Assembly: GCA_002773535.1 (NCBI GenBank)
Contig: PFAZ01000001.1
Coordinates: 89,273-153,272, forward strand
Source of the DNA: Candidatus Harrisonbacteria bacterium CG10_big_fil_rev_8_21_14_0_10_40_38
GTDB lineage: Bacteria; Patescibacteriota; Minisyncoccia; UBA6257; 1-14-0-10-40-38
DNA: 64,000 bases
Reading direction: 5' to 3'
Below the pieces are notes generated by a model. That model ran no database searches. It saw nothing but the letters and a program-made list of their open reading frames with translations, and was not told the origin of the DNA. Of the stretch, positions 49,474 to 59,939 are shown piece after piece. Both the position numbers and the translations under genes were made by a program. Position 1 is the stretch's first letter; each line of letters begins with the position of its first letter.

Positions 49474-52023
49474 ATGAAAAAAACTAATAATTTATTCACA
49501 AAATTAGCTGCTATATCCCTCGCGATAGGGGTATTGGGAAGCGCTATCCCAGTAGTAGCAATCGGCCTTCCGGAGGTTCAAACCTTGCCAGCAACAGGCA
49601 TTACTTCAGATAGCGCAACACTAAACGGTCACGTACATCAAACAAGAGCCAGCGACCTCTTGGTTTGGTTTGAATATGGCGAAACAGAATCACTTGGGAA
49701 ATCAATTGGCGACAAAACAGTTAACTGGCCCGATTCCGAAGACGCCAACTGGAGCGCATTAATTTGGAATCTAAAACCAAACACAACCTACTATTTCAGA
49801 GCAGTTGCTCAAAACGACCTTGGAACTAGCAGAGGAAGCTTAATGTGGTTTACGACTGGTGCGGGATCTCCCCCATCAGGTGATAAGCCAAATGTAAATA
49901 CAAAATCAGCAACCAATATTACAACTTCAGCCGCAACACTTAACGGTGAAGCAAAACCAAACGGCTCATACACAGACGGTTGGTTCGAATGGGGTACAAC
50001 TTCAAACCTTGGAAATACAACAAATAGTCAATCGCTCGGAAATGGTTCATCTTTCGTTCCCTTTTCATTCAGATTAAATAATCTTCAAAGCAATAAAACA
50101 TATTACTTCCGCGCCGTAGCAAGAAATTCCCATAGCACATCTCATGGAACAACTTTCGAGTTTAATACAAATAACGATGGCGGAGGTAGTTCAAGAACAC
50201 CAACCGTAGAAACTCTTTCTGCGGATAACATCACCGGACACGAAGCAAGACTAAATGCCGACGTAAATCCAAACGGTAGCAGAACTTATGTTTGGTTCGA
50301 ATGGGGTGAAGTCGCAAAAAACAACCACTCACAGGAAAGAGATATCGGAAGTGGCACAAGTTTCGAACGTGTTTCTGAAACAATCACAGGTCTTAAAGCA
50401 AATACAAATTACAACTTCCGCGCAGTTGCAAGAAACAGCAACGGAACAACTTACGGCAATACAAAATATTTCACAACAAACAATGACGGGAATATCGACA
50501 AGCCAACAGTCAGAACAAATCCTGCAACAGATATATCAAGCTATTCAGCCCGCCTTCAGGGAACAGTAAATCCTAACGGAAATCAGACAAACGTTTGGTT
50601 CGAATATGGAAAAACCAGTTCATTCGGAAGATCAACCGGATATCAATCAGTAGGCTCTGGTAGATATGACATCGATGTTTCCTCATATGTTTCTGACTTG
50701 GAAATAAACACAGTTTATTATTTCAGAGTTGTCGCTTCAAACAGCTACGGAACAAGTTATGGTCAAACACGAACATTTGTCACAAATCAGGACGGAGGAG
50801 AAAGTTATCGCGCTCCAACTGTCTACACAACAAATGCAACTGGCGTAACCAGAGATTCAGCCATACTTAACGGATCCGTAAATCCAAACGGAGCCACTAC
50901 AAGAGCATGGTTTGAATGGGGTTATACAGCTTCACTCGGCAACAGAACTTCTTACCAGAATATTGGTGGAGGTACTAGTTCATTTACCGTAAGCGCGCCA
51001 ATATATAATCTCTCCGACAATACAACTTATTATTTCAGAGTTGTTGCAGATAATAACTACGGAACAAGCTATGGAAGTATTTATAGTTTTACAACCGGAA
51101 CTGGATCAAATTCCTTAGCTCCATATGTAACAACGCTTTCACCATATAGCGTCCTTACAAATATCGCAGGAGTAAAAGCGAACATTAATCCAAACGGCTC
51201 TTACACAGACGGTTGGTTCGAATGGGGTACAACGCAGTCTCTCGGTCAGAGAACAACAAGAGTTTCTGTTGGAAGTGGAAATTCATATACAGAATTAACC
51301 TCTGTACTGTTAAATCTCTCCCCTAATACCACATATTACTTCCGAGGTGTTGCACAAAATTCATACGGCACAGGATATGGCGCAATTATTTCCTTCACAA
51401 CACAAGGCGGAGGTACAACTCCTCCCCCATCAGGTGGTGGAACGGGAAGCGGTATCATTGGCCCAACACTTACACTCACATCATCTCTCGATAAGAGCGA
51501 AGTAAAAGTTGGAGAAGAGTTGATCTATAAACTCATGCTCAAAAATACAAGCTCAACTCACTCTCTTCGAAATGTAAAAGGAACGATTAAAGTACCGGAA
51601 ATTGTAAGCTTCCTTTCAGCAAACGCAATGATGATGATAGAAAATCCTGAAGAAATATCATTTAACATCGACAGATTAACTCCACTCGGGGAAAACGAAA
51701 TCCAGATAAAATTCAGAGTAAACGAAAAATCCAAAAACAATGACGATTTAACAATCCAAACCGAGATCAAATATTCAGACGCGCTCGGAAGAAGTTATAA
51801 TGTCAGCACATTTGCTACAGCAAAGGTGCACGGAGGTATCGGCCTACTCGCATCAATCAGCGATCTTTTCACTGGAGCAAGTATTTCCCTCGGATGGTTC
51901 CTAGTAATCCTCTTGTTACTCATCATCCTCGGGATAGCATACAGCCAGTGGAATAGACGCAAACTTGAATCAATTCTCTATCAAAACCCCCCGCCTCCTC
52001 CTCCACCTATTCGTGAAGCATAA
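49474..52023 (+). CDS. cell-surface protein: signal peptide, ~8 fibronectin-III-like repeats, DUF11/CARDB-like domain, C-terminal TM anchor and poly-Pro tail
   Basis: Recurring NPNG...WFEWG...YYFRAVA.N..G.S.G motif (FN3-like Y.FR.VA.N signature) about every 100 aa; TM WFLVILLLLIILGI; ends PPPPPPPIREA. Confidence 0.7.
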   Translation: MKKTNNLFTKLAAISLAIGVLGSAIPVVAIGLPEVQTLPATGITSDSATLNGHVHQTRASDLLVWFEYGETESLGKSIGDKTVNWPDSEDANWSALIWNLKPNTTYYFRAVAQNDLGTSRGSLMWFTTGAGSPPSGDKPNVNTKSATNITTSAATLNGEAKPNGSYTDGWFEWGTTSNLGNTTNSQSLGNGSSFVPFSFRLNNLQSNKTYYFRAVARNSHSTSHGTTFEFNTNNDGGGSSRTPTVETLSADNITGHEARLNADVNPNGSRTYVWFEWGEVAKNNHSQERDIGSGTSFERVSETITGLKANTNYNFRAVARNSNGTTYGNTKYFTTNNDGNIDKPTVRTNPATDISSYSARLQGTVNPNGNQTNVWFEYGKTSSFGRSTGYQSVGSGRYDIDVSSYVSDLEINTVYYFRVVASNSYGTSYGQTRTFVTNQDGGESYRAPTVYTTNATGVTRDSAILNGSVNPNGATTRAWFEWGYTASLGNRTSYQNIGGGTSSFTVSAPIYNLSDNTTYYFRVVADNNYGTSYGSIYSFTTGTGSNSLAPYVTTLSPYSVLTNIAGVKANINPNGSYTDGWFEWGTTQSLGQRTTRVSVGSGNSYTELTSVLLNLSPNTTYYFRGVAQNSYGTGYGAIISFTTQGGGTTPPPSGGGTGSGIIGPTLTLTSSLDKSEVKVGEELIYKLMLKNTSSTHSLRNVKGTIKVPEIVSFLSANAMMMIENPEEISFNIDRLTPLGENEIQIKFRVNEKSKNNDDLTIQTEIKYSDALGRSYNVSTFATAKVHGGIGLLASISDLFTGASISLGWFLVILLLLIILGIAYSQWNRRKLESILYQNPPPPPPPIREA

Positions 52024-52121
52024 ATAATTCACATAGCGCGAGGATAGGAAAAATGTGATAACATAAAAAAGATTAATCACAAAAGGTCAAAAACACAAAA
52101 GGTCAAAAAAATAAAAAAAAT

Positions 52122-52607
52122 ATGCAGCAAAAAACAGTAATAACAATGGTCATCGCTGTCTTAGCCGTAGGAGCAGTCGTATTTTTGAGCAAACAAAGCC
52201 CGGAAGTCGCAACTACAGGTGATAGTAATAACGAAGCAAACATTGTGGATATATACAACACAGCAACAGAATTAAAAGTAGAAGATATCACAGTCGGAAA
52301 TGGAGCAGAGGCCACCAACGGATCAACTCTCACAGTTAACTATGTCGGAACACTCGCAGACGGATCAAAGTTTGACAGTTCATATGACAGAGGCGTTCCA
52401 TTCGAGTTTACACTCGGAGCCGGCCAGGTTATCCCAGGATGGGATCAGGGCATGGAGGGCATGCACGTTGGCGGAAAAAGAAGACTCACGATTCCAGGAT
52501 CACTCGCATATGGTCCAAATGGAGTCCCAGGAGTCATTCCCCAGAATGCAACTCTCATCTTCGAAGTTGAATTGATTGATGTATTAGCTGAGCCAAAAGC
52601 TCTCTAA
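52122..52607 (+). CDS. FKBP-type peptidyl-prolyl cis-trans isomerase
   Basis: FKBP core [39 protein letters not shown]...LIFEVELI; N-terminal TM. Confidence 0.8.
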   Translation: MQQKTVITMVIAVLAVGAVVFLSKQSPEVATTGDSNNEANIVDIYNTATELKVEDITVGNGAEATNGSTLTVNYVGTLADGSKFDSSYDRGVPFEFTLGAGQVIPGWDQGMEGMHVGGKRRLTIPGSLAYGPNGVPGVIPQNATLIFEVELIDVLAEPKAL

Positions 52608-52624
52608 ACACACGCAAAATAAAA

Positions 52625-52993
52625 ATGGAGACACCCGAAAGAAAAGAAGAAAAAACATCTTCACACGTATCTTTTGAAAGGTGGAAATCTCTAGACATCC
52701 GCGTCGGAAAAATTTCCGGCGCGGAACGCGTTTTAGGCTCTGAGAAACTTATAAAATTAGCAGTAGAAACAGGGGAAGACGAATTTCCGTCTGGTCGCTG
52801 CATCGTAGCCGGCATTGGTTTAAAATATGAACCGGAAAATCTTATCGGCAGAGAGGTAACAATTATAGCCAATCTCGAACCAAGAAAACTCATGGGCATA
52901 GAAAGTCAGGGAATGCTTCTTGCGGCGAACGACGACGGGCCAGTGCTTCTTATACCAGAAAGAGAAGTTCCCCCTGGTTCAAAAATCTCGTAA
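52625..52993 (+). CDS. tRNA-binding domain protein (CsaA/Myf/EMAP-like)
   Basis: OB-fold tRNA-binding signature (LDIRVGKI...ERV.GS.KL..L.V.TG...R.IV.G). Confidence 0.65.
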   Translation: METPERKEEKTSSHVSFERWKSLDIRVGKISGAERVLGSEKLIKLAVETGEDEFPSGRCIVAGIGLKYEPENLIGREVTIIANLEPRKLMGIESQGMLLAANDDGPVLLIPEREVPPGSKIS

Positions 52994-53862
52994 TGACGAA
53001 CTTTTTAAAAAAACTTTTTTTTATAATCTTTATTGCCGTCTCAATCGGCGTTTTTTTATTTATTCTCAAAAACACAGATGATGTTGCAAAAAATGTAAAT
53101 GAAAAAGTAATCCCAGAAATAAAAAATATCACAACTAACGTTGAAGAAAGAATTAAATCAGCTCCCCCGCTCCGCGCAATCAAAGAAGCGATTTCAAAAA
53201 CAGAATTAACGATAAATGGTGTAATACAATTTACAAATGACGCAAGAACAAATGATAGAAAGAAAATCCTTGAGGAAAACCAACTGCTAGACTTAGCAGC
53301 CCAAAGTAAAGTAAATGACATGTTTGAAAAACAATATTTTGAACACGTCGGACCTGATGGACGCGATGTTTCCGATTGGACACATGATGCAGGTTACGAA
53401 TACATATCAATTGGCGAAAATCTCGCTCTCGGTAATTTTGAGGGCGACAAGGATCTAGTAGATGCCTGGCTTGCAAGCCCCGGTCACAGAGAAAATATTT
53501 TAAACAGCGGGTTTACTGAAATAGGAGTTGCTGTTAAAGAAGGTTTTTATGAAAGTAAAAAAACATGGCTGGCAGTACAGGTTTTTGGACGCCCCGCATC
53601 TGATTGCGCAAAACCAAGCGATGATAAAAAAGAACAAATAGAAAGCAATGAAAAAAAATTAGATAATATCCAAATTCAAATCAATTCAAAACGTCAGGAG
53701 ATAGAAAATTCATCAAGAAAATGGGGTGCCTCCTATAATGAACTCGTCAAAGAGTATAACAACCTTGTAAACGAATATAATTCCATTTTAGACGACCTAA
53801 GGATATTAATAGATACATATAACACAGAGGTAAACACATTCAATACTTGTATTAAATCGTAA
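52993..53862 (+). CDS. CAP/SCP (PR-1-like) domain protein with N-terminal anchor and C-terminal coiled coil
   Basis: DLVDAWLASPGHRENIL and GVAV CAP motifs. Confidence 0.6.
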   Translation: MTNFLKKLFFIIFIAVSIGVFLFILKNTDDVAKNVNEKVIPEIKNITTNVEERIKSAPPLRAIKEAISKTELTINGVIQFTNDARTNDRKKILEENQLLDLAAQSKVNDMFEKQYFEHVGPDGRDVSDWTHDAGYEYISIGENLALGNFEGDKDLVDAWLASPGHRENILNSGFTEIGVAVKEGFYESKKTWLAVQVFGRPASDCAKPSDDKKEQIESNEKKLDNIQIQINSKRQEIENSSRKWGASYNELVKEYNNLVNEYNSILDDLRILIDTYNTEVNTFNTCIKS

Positions 53863-53898
53863 TAGAAATTTACCTCATAAATCTTGTAATATTAAAAA

Positions 53899-55107
53899 AT
53901 GAACAAAAAATCAACTGCAATTTTTATATCATTGTCGATTTTGATTTTACTTGGTCTTGCGGGAGGTTTGTTTTGGGAAAAAATAAAAGGTCTCGTTCCC
54001 GCCATACTTCCAAGTCCAGAAGATATTACAAAACTTGAAACCCTTCCCTTAAATATTCCTAATAGATTTCAAATTTCTATTTTTGCAAAAAATCTCAATG
54101 AACCACGAGATATATATATAAACCAAAATATTCTTCCAAACACGATCCTCGTAAGTGACACAAAGGATGGAAAAATTATCGCTCTTAAAGACACAAATAA
54201 AGATAACGTAGCAGATGAAAAAATCTTTATCCTTGAAAATTTAAAGAGTCCCCACGGCATCGAAATACAATGTAACAATGAGAAAAACTGCCTGCTTTAC
54301 ATTGCCGAAAGCGGAAAACTGACAGAGTACACATTCGACCCAAATTCTTTGAAAGCAATCTTTAAAAGACAGCTTGCAGAATTACCCGATAGTGGCATTC
54401 ATTTCACGCGATCACTTCTATTTTTACCGACACCAAATAATAACCGCTTACTGGTTTCAGTCGGCTCCTCATGTAACGTTTGTAATGAAAAAGACGACAG
54501 GCACGCAAAAATTCTAGTAATAAACGTAAACAATAAAACCCCAAAACTTGAACCTTATGTAACAGGTCTTAGAAACAGTGTTTTTATGATTACTGACAGC
54601 AAAACCAAAAAAGTCTATGCAACCGAAATGGGACGCGACCTTCTAGGCGACATTACGCCACCAGATGAAATAAATATAATTACCGAATCAAAAAACTATG
54701 GCTGGCCAACATGCTATGGAAAAAACATACACGATACAGAGTTTGATAAAAACACTTACATTAGAAACCCATGCATGGAACCATTTGAAACCGAAAGCTT
54801 TATAGACATTCCGGCCCACTCTGCGCCCCTAGGCTTGGAATTCACCCCAAAAAACTGGCCAAAAGAATATGAGGGACTACTTGTTTCCTATCACGGCTCA
54901 TGGAATAGATCTGTTCCAACTGGCTATAAAATCGTTCTTTTTGATATAAACAACCCAAATAAACCATCAATCGATATAGTAGGCGGTTGGCTAAAAGACA
55001 ATGGAGCTATCGGCAGGCCAGTGGATATTGAAAAATATGATGATAACTCCGTACTTGTATCAGATGATAAATCGGGCGTAATCTACAAACTGACATATGG
55101 AAAATAA
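53899..55107 (+). CDS. PQQ-dependent soluble sugar dehydrogenase-like beta-propeller (YliI/SGDH family)
   Basis: NYGWPTCYG motif and propeller-like repeat organisation; N-terminal anchor. Confidence 0.55.
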   Translation: MNKKSTAIFISLSILILLGLAGGLFWEKIKGLVPAILPSPEDITKLETLPLNIPNRFQISIFAKNLNEPRDIYINQNILPNTILVSDTKDGKIIALKDTNKDNVADEKIFILENLKSPHGIEIQCNNEKNCLLYIAESGKLTEYTFDPNSLKAIFKRQLAELPDSGIHFTRSLLFLPTPNNNRLLVSVGSSCNVCNEKDDRHAKILVINVNNKTPKLEPYVTGLRNSVFMITDSKTKKVYATEMGRDLLGDITPPDEINIITESKNYGWPTCYGKNIHDTEFDKNTYIRNPCMEPFETESFIDIPAHSAPLGLEFTPKNWPKEYEGLLVSYHGSWNRSVPTGYKIVLFDINNPNKPSIDIVGGWLKDNGAIGRPVDIEKYDDNSVLVSDDKSGVIYKLTYGK

Positions 55108-55813
55108 CCCGAAAACAACAATTGTTATCTGCACATATAACGAATCAAAAAATATCGTCCCTCTCATAGAAGAAATCGAAAAGCTTAATGTCGTAAATCA
55201 CGATTATGTGATTATAGACGACAATTCACCTGACAAGACAGGAGAAATTATAGAAAACCTGAAAACCAAATACCCAATCACCCCAATACACCGCAAGAGC
55301 AAACTCGGCCTCGGTTCCGCATACATCGAAAGTTTTAAAAAAATTATCGAAAAAAATGAAGCAAACTATATAGTCCAGCTCGATGCTGACTGGTCACATG
55401 ACCCAAATACCATTCCCAAACTTATCGAAAAAATGACGGACTTTGATCTGGCTCTCGGATCCAGATATATTCCGGAAGGAAAAATAGAAAACTGGAATTT
55501 TATTCGCCGCACAATCAGCTCGTTTGCAAACTGGGGCGTAAGAAAAGTTTTAAAAGTTCCATACCACGACTTAACAGGAGGTTTCAAATGTTACAAAAAA
55601 GAGGTTTTAAAAAAGATCGATTTAAACTCCATAAGCTCTACCGGATACAATTTTCAAATCGAAACCACATACCTTGCTCATTTGGCAGGATTTAAAATAT
55701 GCGAAATCCCTATCACATTTACAGAACGCCGCGATGGAGAATCAAAATTTAATATTGGAATAATGCTTGAAAGTTTTATCAAAGTTCTAAAGCTAAGGAA
55801 AAAGCATGAGTAA
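55097..55813 (+). CDS. family-2 glycosyltransferase, polyprenol-phosphate mannose/glucose synthase-like (DPM1/ArnC type)
   Basis: VICTYNE...DYVIIDDNSPD...QLDADWSHDP DxD-containing GT-A fold. Confidence 0.7.
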   Translation: MENNPKTTIVICTYNESKNIVPLIEEIEKLNVVNHDYVIIDDNSPDKTGEIIENLKTKYPITPIHRKSKLGLGSAYIESFKKIIEKNEANYIVQLDADWSHDPNTIPKLIEKMTDFDLALGSRYIPEGKIENWNFIRRTISSFANWGVRKVLKVPYHDLTGGFKCYKKEVLKKIDLNSISSTGYNFQIETTYLAHLAGFKICEIPITFTERRDGESKFNIGIMLESFIKVLKLRKKHE

Positions 55814-57530
55814 AAAATTTCATAAATACGCACTAATCAGCATTCTTGTAGTTTCAGCAATACTTCGAATATGGAACTTAGGACTCGGTGATCCAATAAA
55901 CGACGAAGTTCTCATTGCTTTTAGAGCTCTGGGCCTTATTGATTTTGATGCGGCAGAATTTCAAACAACTCCTTTCGAATGGTTCGATATAGCAAACGGA
56001 ACCATATCTCACTCTGGAATCCCATCTTGGGCAAAATTTTCTTTTCATGACCACCCACCATTTGCCTTCTGGATTCAACACATATTCCTAACAATTTTCG
56101 GTACGGCTGTATGGGCCTTCAGGCTCCCTTCAGCGCTATTTGGTATTGCATCGGTATACTTACTTTATAAATTAGGAAAGTCTCTTTTCAACAAAAACAT
56201 AGGCCTTCTATCAGCCCTTTTTATAGGTATTACAGTAAACCATGTTCACATGTCTAGGGTTGGCATGCAGGAAGCATATGTCATATTTTTTATCATCCTC
56301 ACAGCTTATCTCTATACGCTTTCCATAAATAAAAACCCAAAGTGGTTTATTGCCGCAGGTATTTCAATGGGATTCGCATTTCTTACGAAATATACAGCTT
56401 TCCTTCTTATTCCGTGGCTTATTATCCATCTTGCGATCTCGAAGCCAAGACTTTTTAAAAACAAAAATCTCTGGATAGGAATTCTTTTATCAATCACTGT
56501 TTTTTCGCCGGTGATTTTGTACAATCTCGCTCTCTACAACGCTACAGGGCACTTTGATTTCCAGTTTTCATATCTTTTTGGACAGCATCCGGAAGTTTGG
56601 CAAAAAGCGCCGGGAAAAGAAATTGGCTCTGTTGGCAATCGTTTTTCCAATTTCTTTGCGTGGATAAAAGACATCAATTCCCTCCCCTATCTCATCTTAG
56701 GTTTTTTGAGTTTTCTCTGGATTGGTTTTGAATGTGTAAAAAAAAATAAACGCGCCCCCAAAGAAAAACTTTTTATCCTTTTAGGCGCCCTGATAACATT
56801 TCTATATATTATTTTTATCACCGGCCCCGCATATAGATTCCTATCAATGCTAACCCCATTCTTCGCCATATTTATCGCGCTCGGAATAGAAAAACTACAA
56901 ACGCTGATAAAAAAAGAGTTTCTATTTAAAGGCATTTTGGGAATTTTTATTGCATTTGAATTATTAAACACAGCAAACAGCCAACTACTCGCCTACCCAA
57001 AAGAATCAAACATACTTTTTACAACTAAAATCCGTGACGATAAATACAGTTGGGGCTATAACGAACTCGAAACTTTTCTAAAAACCGAACTACAGGAAAC
57101 CTACCCCGCAGTGATCTTTAATAAAAAATATGCATTTTTGGAAAACTTGCAGAAAATCGGTGTAACTAGAGCAAAAGTAAAAAACTATAAATCCTACCCC
57201 GCTCTCTTCATATACGACCACGACATTTTTAATTTTGCCCAACTTTGGAGCTATGACAGAAGATTTATGTATGAAGGCTGGCCGTTCATTCCCACAGAAG
57301 AGTATTACAAACTCCTCGAACAATACGGACAGGATTATCTTAAAAAATCAGGATTTCATAATTATTATTTTATTATTCCAACAAAAGCGCTCGAACTTCG
57401 ACGCATGACCCCGATTACAACGCTCGGCCCCGCCCTCGAGGACGAACTTATCTCACAAGGAAAAGAACCAATAGAAATAAAAGATCCTAAGGGAGATACG
57501 GTTTTTCATGTGTATAAATGGTCTGATTAG
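55806..57530 (+). CDS. PMT/ArnT-family (GT39/GT83-like) membrane glycosyltransferase using polyprenol-phosphate sugar donors
   Basis: Polytopic N-terminal domain with first-loop DE motif (DPINDEV), large C-terminal soluble part; overlaps the GT2 gene by 8 nt. Confidence 0.65.
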   Translation: MSKKFHKYALISILVVSAILRIWNLGLGDPINDEVLIAFRALGLIDFDAAEFQTTPFEWFDIANGTISHSGIPSWAKFSFHDHPPFAFWIQHIFLTIFGTAVWAFRLPSALFGIASVYLLYKLGKSLFNKNIGLLSALFIGITVNHVHMSRVGMQEAYVIFFIILTAYLYTLSINKNPKWFIAAGISMGFAFLTKYTAFLLIPWLIIHLAISKPRLFKNKNLWIGILLSITVFSPVILYNLALYNATGHFDFQFSYLFGQHPEVWQKAPGKEIGSVGNRFSNFFAWIKDINSLPYLILGFLSFLWIGFECVKKNKRAPKEKLFILLGALITFLYIIFITGPAYRFLSMLTPFFAIFIALGIEKLQTLIKKEFLFKGILGIFIAFELLNTANSQLLAYPKESNILFTTKIRDDKYSWGYNELETFLKTELQETYPAVIFNKKYAFLENLQKIGVTRAKVKNYKSYPALFIYDHDIFNFAQLWSYDRRFMYEGWPFIPTEEYYKLLEQYGQDYLKKSGFHNYYFIIPTKALELRRMTPITTLGPALEDELISQGKEPIEIKDPKGDTVFHVYKWSD

Positions 57531-57653
57531 GGCATGTTATAATACACAAATAATGCTATTCAAAACCAAGGGTTTAAAAACGCAACTAATAATATTAGTT
57601 GTAATTTATTTGATTTTGATAGGCATTTACTACTACGTAAGACATCTATAAAA

Positions 57654-59384
57654 ATGCCAAAGAAAAAGACACCAAAATTCATCTTCATAACAGGCGGCGT
57701 AATGTCCGGAGTCGGCAAGGGCATAGCCGCCTCTTCTATTGGCAAGATAATGCAGGCGAGGGGTTTTAAAGTAACCGCTTTAAAAATCGACCCTTACGTA
57801 AACGTAGACGCCGGCACAATGAATCCCACAGAGCACGGAGAGGTTTTTGTATTAAGCGACGGCACAGAGTGCGATCAGGACATGGGAAATTACGAAAGGT
57901 TTCTCGAGTGTGAACTCACAAGCGCAAACTATATAACAACCGGTAGTATATACCAGCGCGTTATCGAGAAAGAAAGAAATCTCGAATATCAGGGAAAGTG
58001 TGTTGAGGTTGTTCCACATATTCCACTCGAAGTTATTGATAAAATTGAGAACGCAGCAAAACTTGCCGGAGCAGATATTGTCATTACAGAAATTGGCGGA
58101 ACAATTGGTGAATACCAAAACATTCTATTTTTGGAAGCTGTAAGGATGATGAAATTAAAAAGTCCCGGCCACGTTGCGACAGTTCTTGTCAGCTTCCTGC
58201 CTCTACAAGGAAAAGACAGCGAGTTAAAAACAAAACCAACCCAATACGCAGTAAGAAGTCTAAACAGCGCCGGCATACAGCCAGACATTATTATAGCAAG
58301 AGCATCCGTTGCGCTTGATAAAAAACGAAAAGAAAAAATTGCTTTTAACTGCAACATGGAAGAAGCCGACGTTATATCAGCCCCAAACGTTGAAAATATT
58401 TACGAAGTTCCTCTAAATTTTGAACGTGAGAAATTAAGCGCGAAACTGGTTAAAAAACTAAATCTAGAATCAGATAAAACTGATTTAAAATCATGGAAAA
58501 CTCTTGTTCGAAATACAAAAAATCCTAAAAAAACACTTCAAATAGGAATTGTTGGAAAATATTTCGGTACGGGCAATTTTACTCTAGCCGATTCATATAT
58601 TTCAGTCATCGAGGCCATACGCCATGGAGCGCAAGCAAAAAAAGTAAAAGCAGAAATCACTTGGGTTGATTCCAGCAGCTTTGATCCAAAAGAAAATAAA
58701 TCATGGCGCAGTAAAATTAAATCTCTAAATAAATTTGACGGTATCCTCGTACCGGGAGGTTTTGGCAGCAGGGGTGTTGAAGGGAAAATTAAGACGATAC
58801 AGTTTGCCAGAGAAAATAAAATCCCATATTTGGGACTTTGCTATGGAATGCAGCTTGCAGTCGTAGAGTACTCACGAAATGTTGCCGGGTTAAACAAAGC
58901 GCACACCGTAGAAGTTCACGAGAATACCCCACATCCCGTCATTGCGGTTCTTCCCGAACAGGAATTAAACATAGAAAAAAAACGCTATGGCGGAACCATG
59001 CGCCTAGGAACATATAAAGCGGTTTTAAAAGAAAAAACACTTGTTCACGGAGCATACAAAAAATCACACGAATCAAAATCTTCAACCCTTAAATCAAAAG
59101 TTTTCAATTCAATTATTGATGAACGACACAGACACAGATATGAAGTTAATCCGGAGTATGTCGAGATACTCGAAAAAAACGGTCTCACTTTTTCAGGAAC
59201 ATCAGAAGACAAGCGCCTCATGGAAATCATCGAACTCCCAACAGAAATACACCCATTCTTCGTAGCCACACAATTTCATCCCGAATTCAAATCAAAGCCA
59301 TTATCACCACACCCAATATTCGAGTCATTCATAAACGCCAGCATCGAATCAAACAAGATAAAATTGCACAAGACAAACAAATAA
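57654..59384 (+). CDS. pyrG: CTP synthase
   Basis: N-terminal synthase domain (FITGGVMSGVGKG) and C-terminal GATase (GLCYGMQ, HPEF). Confidence 0.9.
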   Translation: MPKKKTPKFIFITGGVMSGVGKGIAASSIGKIMQARGFKVTALKIDPYVNVDAGTMNPTEHGEVFVLSDGTECDQDMGNYERFLECELTSANYITTGSIYQRVIEKERNLEYQGKCVEVVPHIPLEVIDKIENAAKLAGADIVITEIGGTIGEYQNILFLEAVRMMKLKSPGHVATVLVSFLPLQGKDSELKTKPTQYAVRSLNSAGIQPDIIIARASVALDKKRKEKIAFNCNMEEADVISAPNVENIYEVPLNFEREKLSAKLVKKLNLESDKTDLKSWKTLVRNTKNPKKTLQIGIVGKYFGTGNFTLADSYISVIEAIRHGAQAKKVKAEITWVDSSSFDPKENKSWRSKIKSLNKFDGILVPGGFGSRGVEGKIKTIQFARENKIPYLGLCYGMQLAVVEYSRNVAGLNKAHTVEVHENTPHPVIAVLPEQELNIEKKRYGGTMRLGTYKAVLKEKTLVHGAYKKSHESKSSTLKSKVFNSIIDERHRHRYEVNPEYVEILEKNGLTFSGTSEDKRLMEIIELPTEIHPFFVATQFHPEFKSKPLSPHPIFESFINASIESNKIKLHKTNK

Positions 59385-59450
59385 TCTAAATCTGCCAGCC
59401 CAAACAAAAACCCCATAGCGAAACGCATGGGGTTCTGCAAACGTACGACA

Positions 59451-59636
59451 TCATCGTAAAAAGTTTGTTGAAAAAAGGAACAATGAAGCAGACAAAACAA
59501 AAATACAAAAAACAAGAAAAAGGAAAGACACTGTTTCAGAAAAACGTTTACTAGAATAATCAGAAGCTCCGAAATACCAAACACCGATCACTGCCAACGC
59601 CGCTACAATCGCTTCAATCAAATATTCCGTTTTCAT
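59451..59636 (-). CDS. small membrane protein
   Basis: 61 aa, two TM helices, RBS AAGGAGAG upstream, terminator 59405-59440 downstream. Confidence 0.45.
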   Translation of the reverse strand: MKTEYLIEAIVAALAVIGVWYFGASDYSSKRFSETVSFLFLVFCIFVLSASLFLFSTNFLR

Positions 59637-59659
59637 TTTTCTCTCCTTCTTTAATCAAC

Positions 59660-59900
59660 GAAAAAAATAAAAAAGAGTCTAGTCGGGACCTTAGCACACA
59701 CCACAAGGGAGCCCAAATCCTCCGTCAATGTGCGCGTTACCCGACTAGACTCAGCTAACCAAATATTACCACGCAGAAATCTTATGTCAATTAAAAACCC
59801 CTCGTCTCCGCAAACGCAGAAACGAGGGTGTGGCCTGACGTGCTTTGGCTAGACTTTCCAGTCTCAAGAGACTGGTCTCGGCAGGTCACGCACTTATAAT
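59660..59900. ncRNA. candidate structured RNA (class unassigned)
   Basis: 13-bp perfect stem gagtctagtcggg (59675-59687) / cccgactagactc (59740-59752); further GC-rich hairpins to 59890; 650-bp gap before pgk. Confidence 0.3.
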
Positions 59901-59939
59901 AATAGCAATTTAAAATATATTGTCAATACCTGTTTTTTT

